Source: Auanema rhodensis (Eukaryota > Animalia > Nematoda). From it: DNA of 64,000 nt. The notes under the pieces were generated by a model. The model was not told the DNA's origin, did not search any database, and saw only the letters and a list, made by a program, of their open reading frames with translations. Positions 63,558-64,000 of this stretch are shown in pieces. Each line of letters opens with the position of its first letter. Position 1 is the first letter of the stretch. The translations under genes and the position numbers were made by a program. The DNA lies in contig OZ059898.1 of the NCBI GenBank assembly GCA_964057225.1, positions 9,176,001-9,240,000 on the forward strand. Direction: 5' to 3'.

Positions 63558-64000
63558 TCACATTATTCTATTCAGCTCCGCTCCAGGCAATATTCTCTTT
63601 ACATATGCAACTCACAAAAAAATTCAGTTTTAATGTTTAATTTGTACATTCTTCTTTCGTACTCGTCAAAAATATTACGGTACCTCTTATAATATGGTAA
63701 TCTAGTCGATCAAACATGTTCTCACCTCATATGTGCATTAGAAAGCCTAAGTATTATCTTTCATTGTTTTTTAATCTCTTTGACATTTTTACTTTACTTC
63801 AGGGATTCACATCCTATTTTGTTCCGTTTTTTTAAATCTAGCGATACTTAAAGTTTCTCTTTCAGTCTGTTCAAGATTAAATATTTATTGTATGAAGGGG
63901 AAACGAACATACAAAATAAGTCAAGATGTAAACAATCATAATTAGTTATTAGACTCATAATATGAAATAGCATATATATATAAACCCGTAGAATATAACG

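Noticed and set aside
1-64000. CRISPR arrays, transposases, rRNA, SL or U snRNA genes
   Set aside because: None recognisable by eye on either strand. Degenerate copies cannot be excluded without a search.

Overview
Eukaryotic, very AT-rich genomic DNA from a rhabditid-type nematode. Most introns are about 40-55 nt, acceptors are TTTCAG-like but often relaxed, and many ATGs sit directly behind a trans-splice-like acceptor. No prokaryotic features (CRISPR, IS, rRNA) were seen. I assembled 13 protein-coding genes by hand. In order: 5'-truncated ajm-1 (+); Dr1/NC2beta (dro-1, -), spread over 7.3 kb by two oversized introns and almost invisible in the ORF track; a rhodopsin-class neuropeptide-type GPCR (+); a minus-strand operon-like run of FUNDC1, Nup214 (npp-14) and TCAIM; an SLC17 transporter (-); an orphan membrane protein (-); a tandem pair of astacin-ShK metalloproteases (+) bracketed by two small orphan genes; and a Patched-related (PTR) gene (+). 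The most interesting observations are four. (1) The two small orphan genes share a cell-cycle-type motif set: STP ... P-x-x-x-L-x-x-A-P-[RK]-K-P ... [RK]xL..F. (2) The giant dro-1 introns contain candidate structured RNAs. (3) A roughly 320-nt folded insert sits in one astacin intron. (4) The two astacins share identical exon tracts suggestive of gene conversion. All gene models and folds are by eye, and no database search was run.
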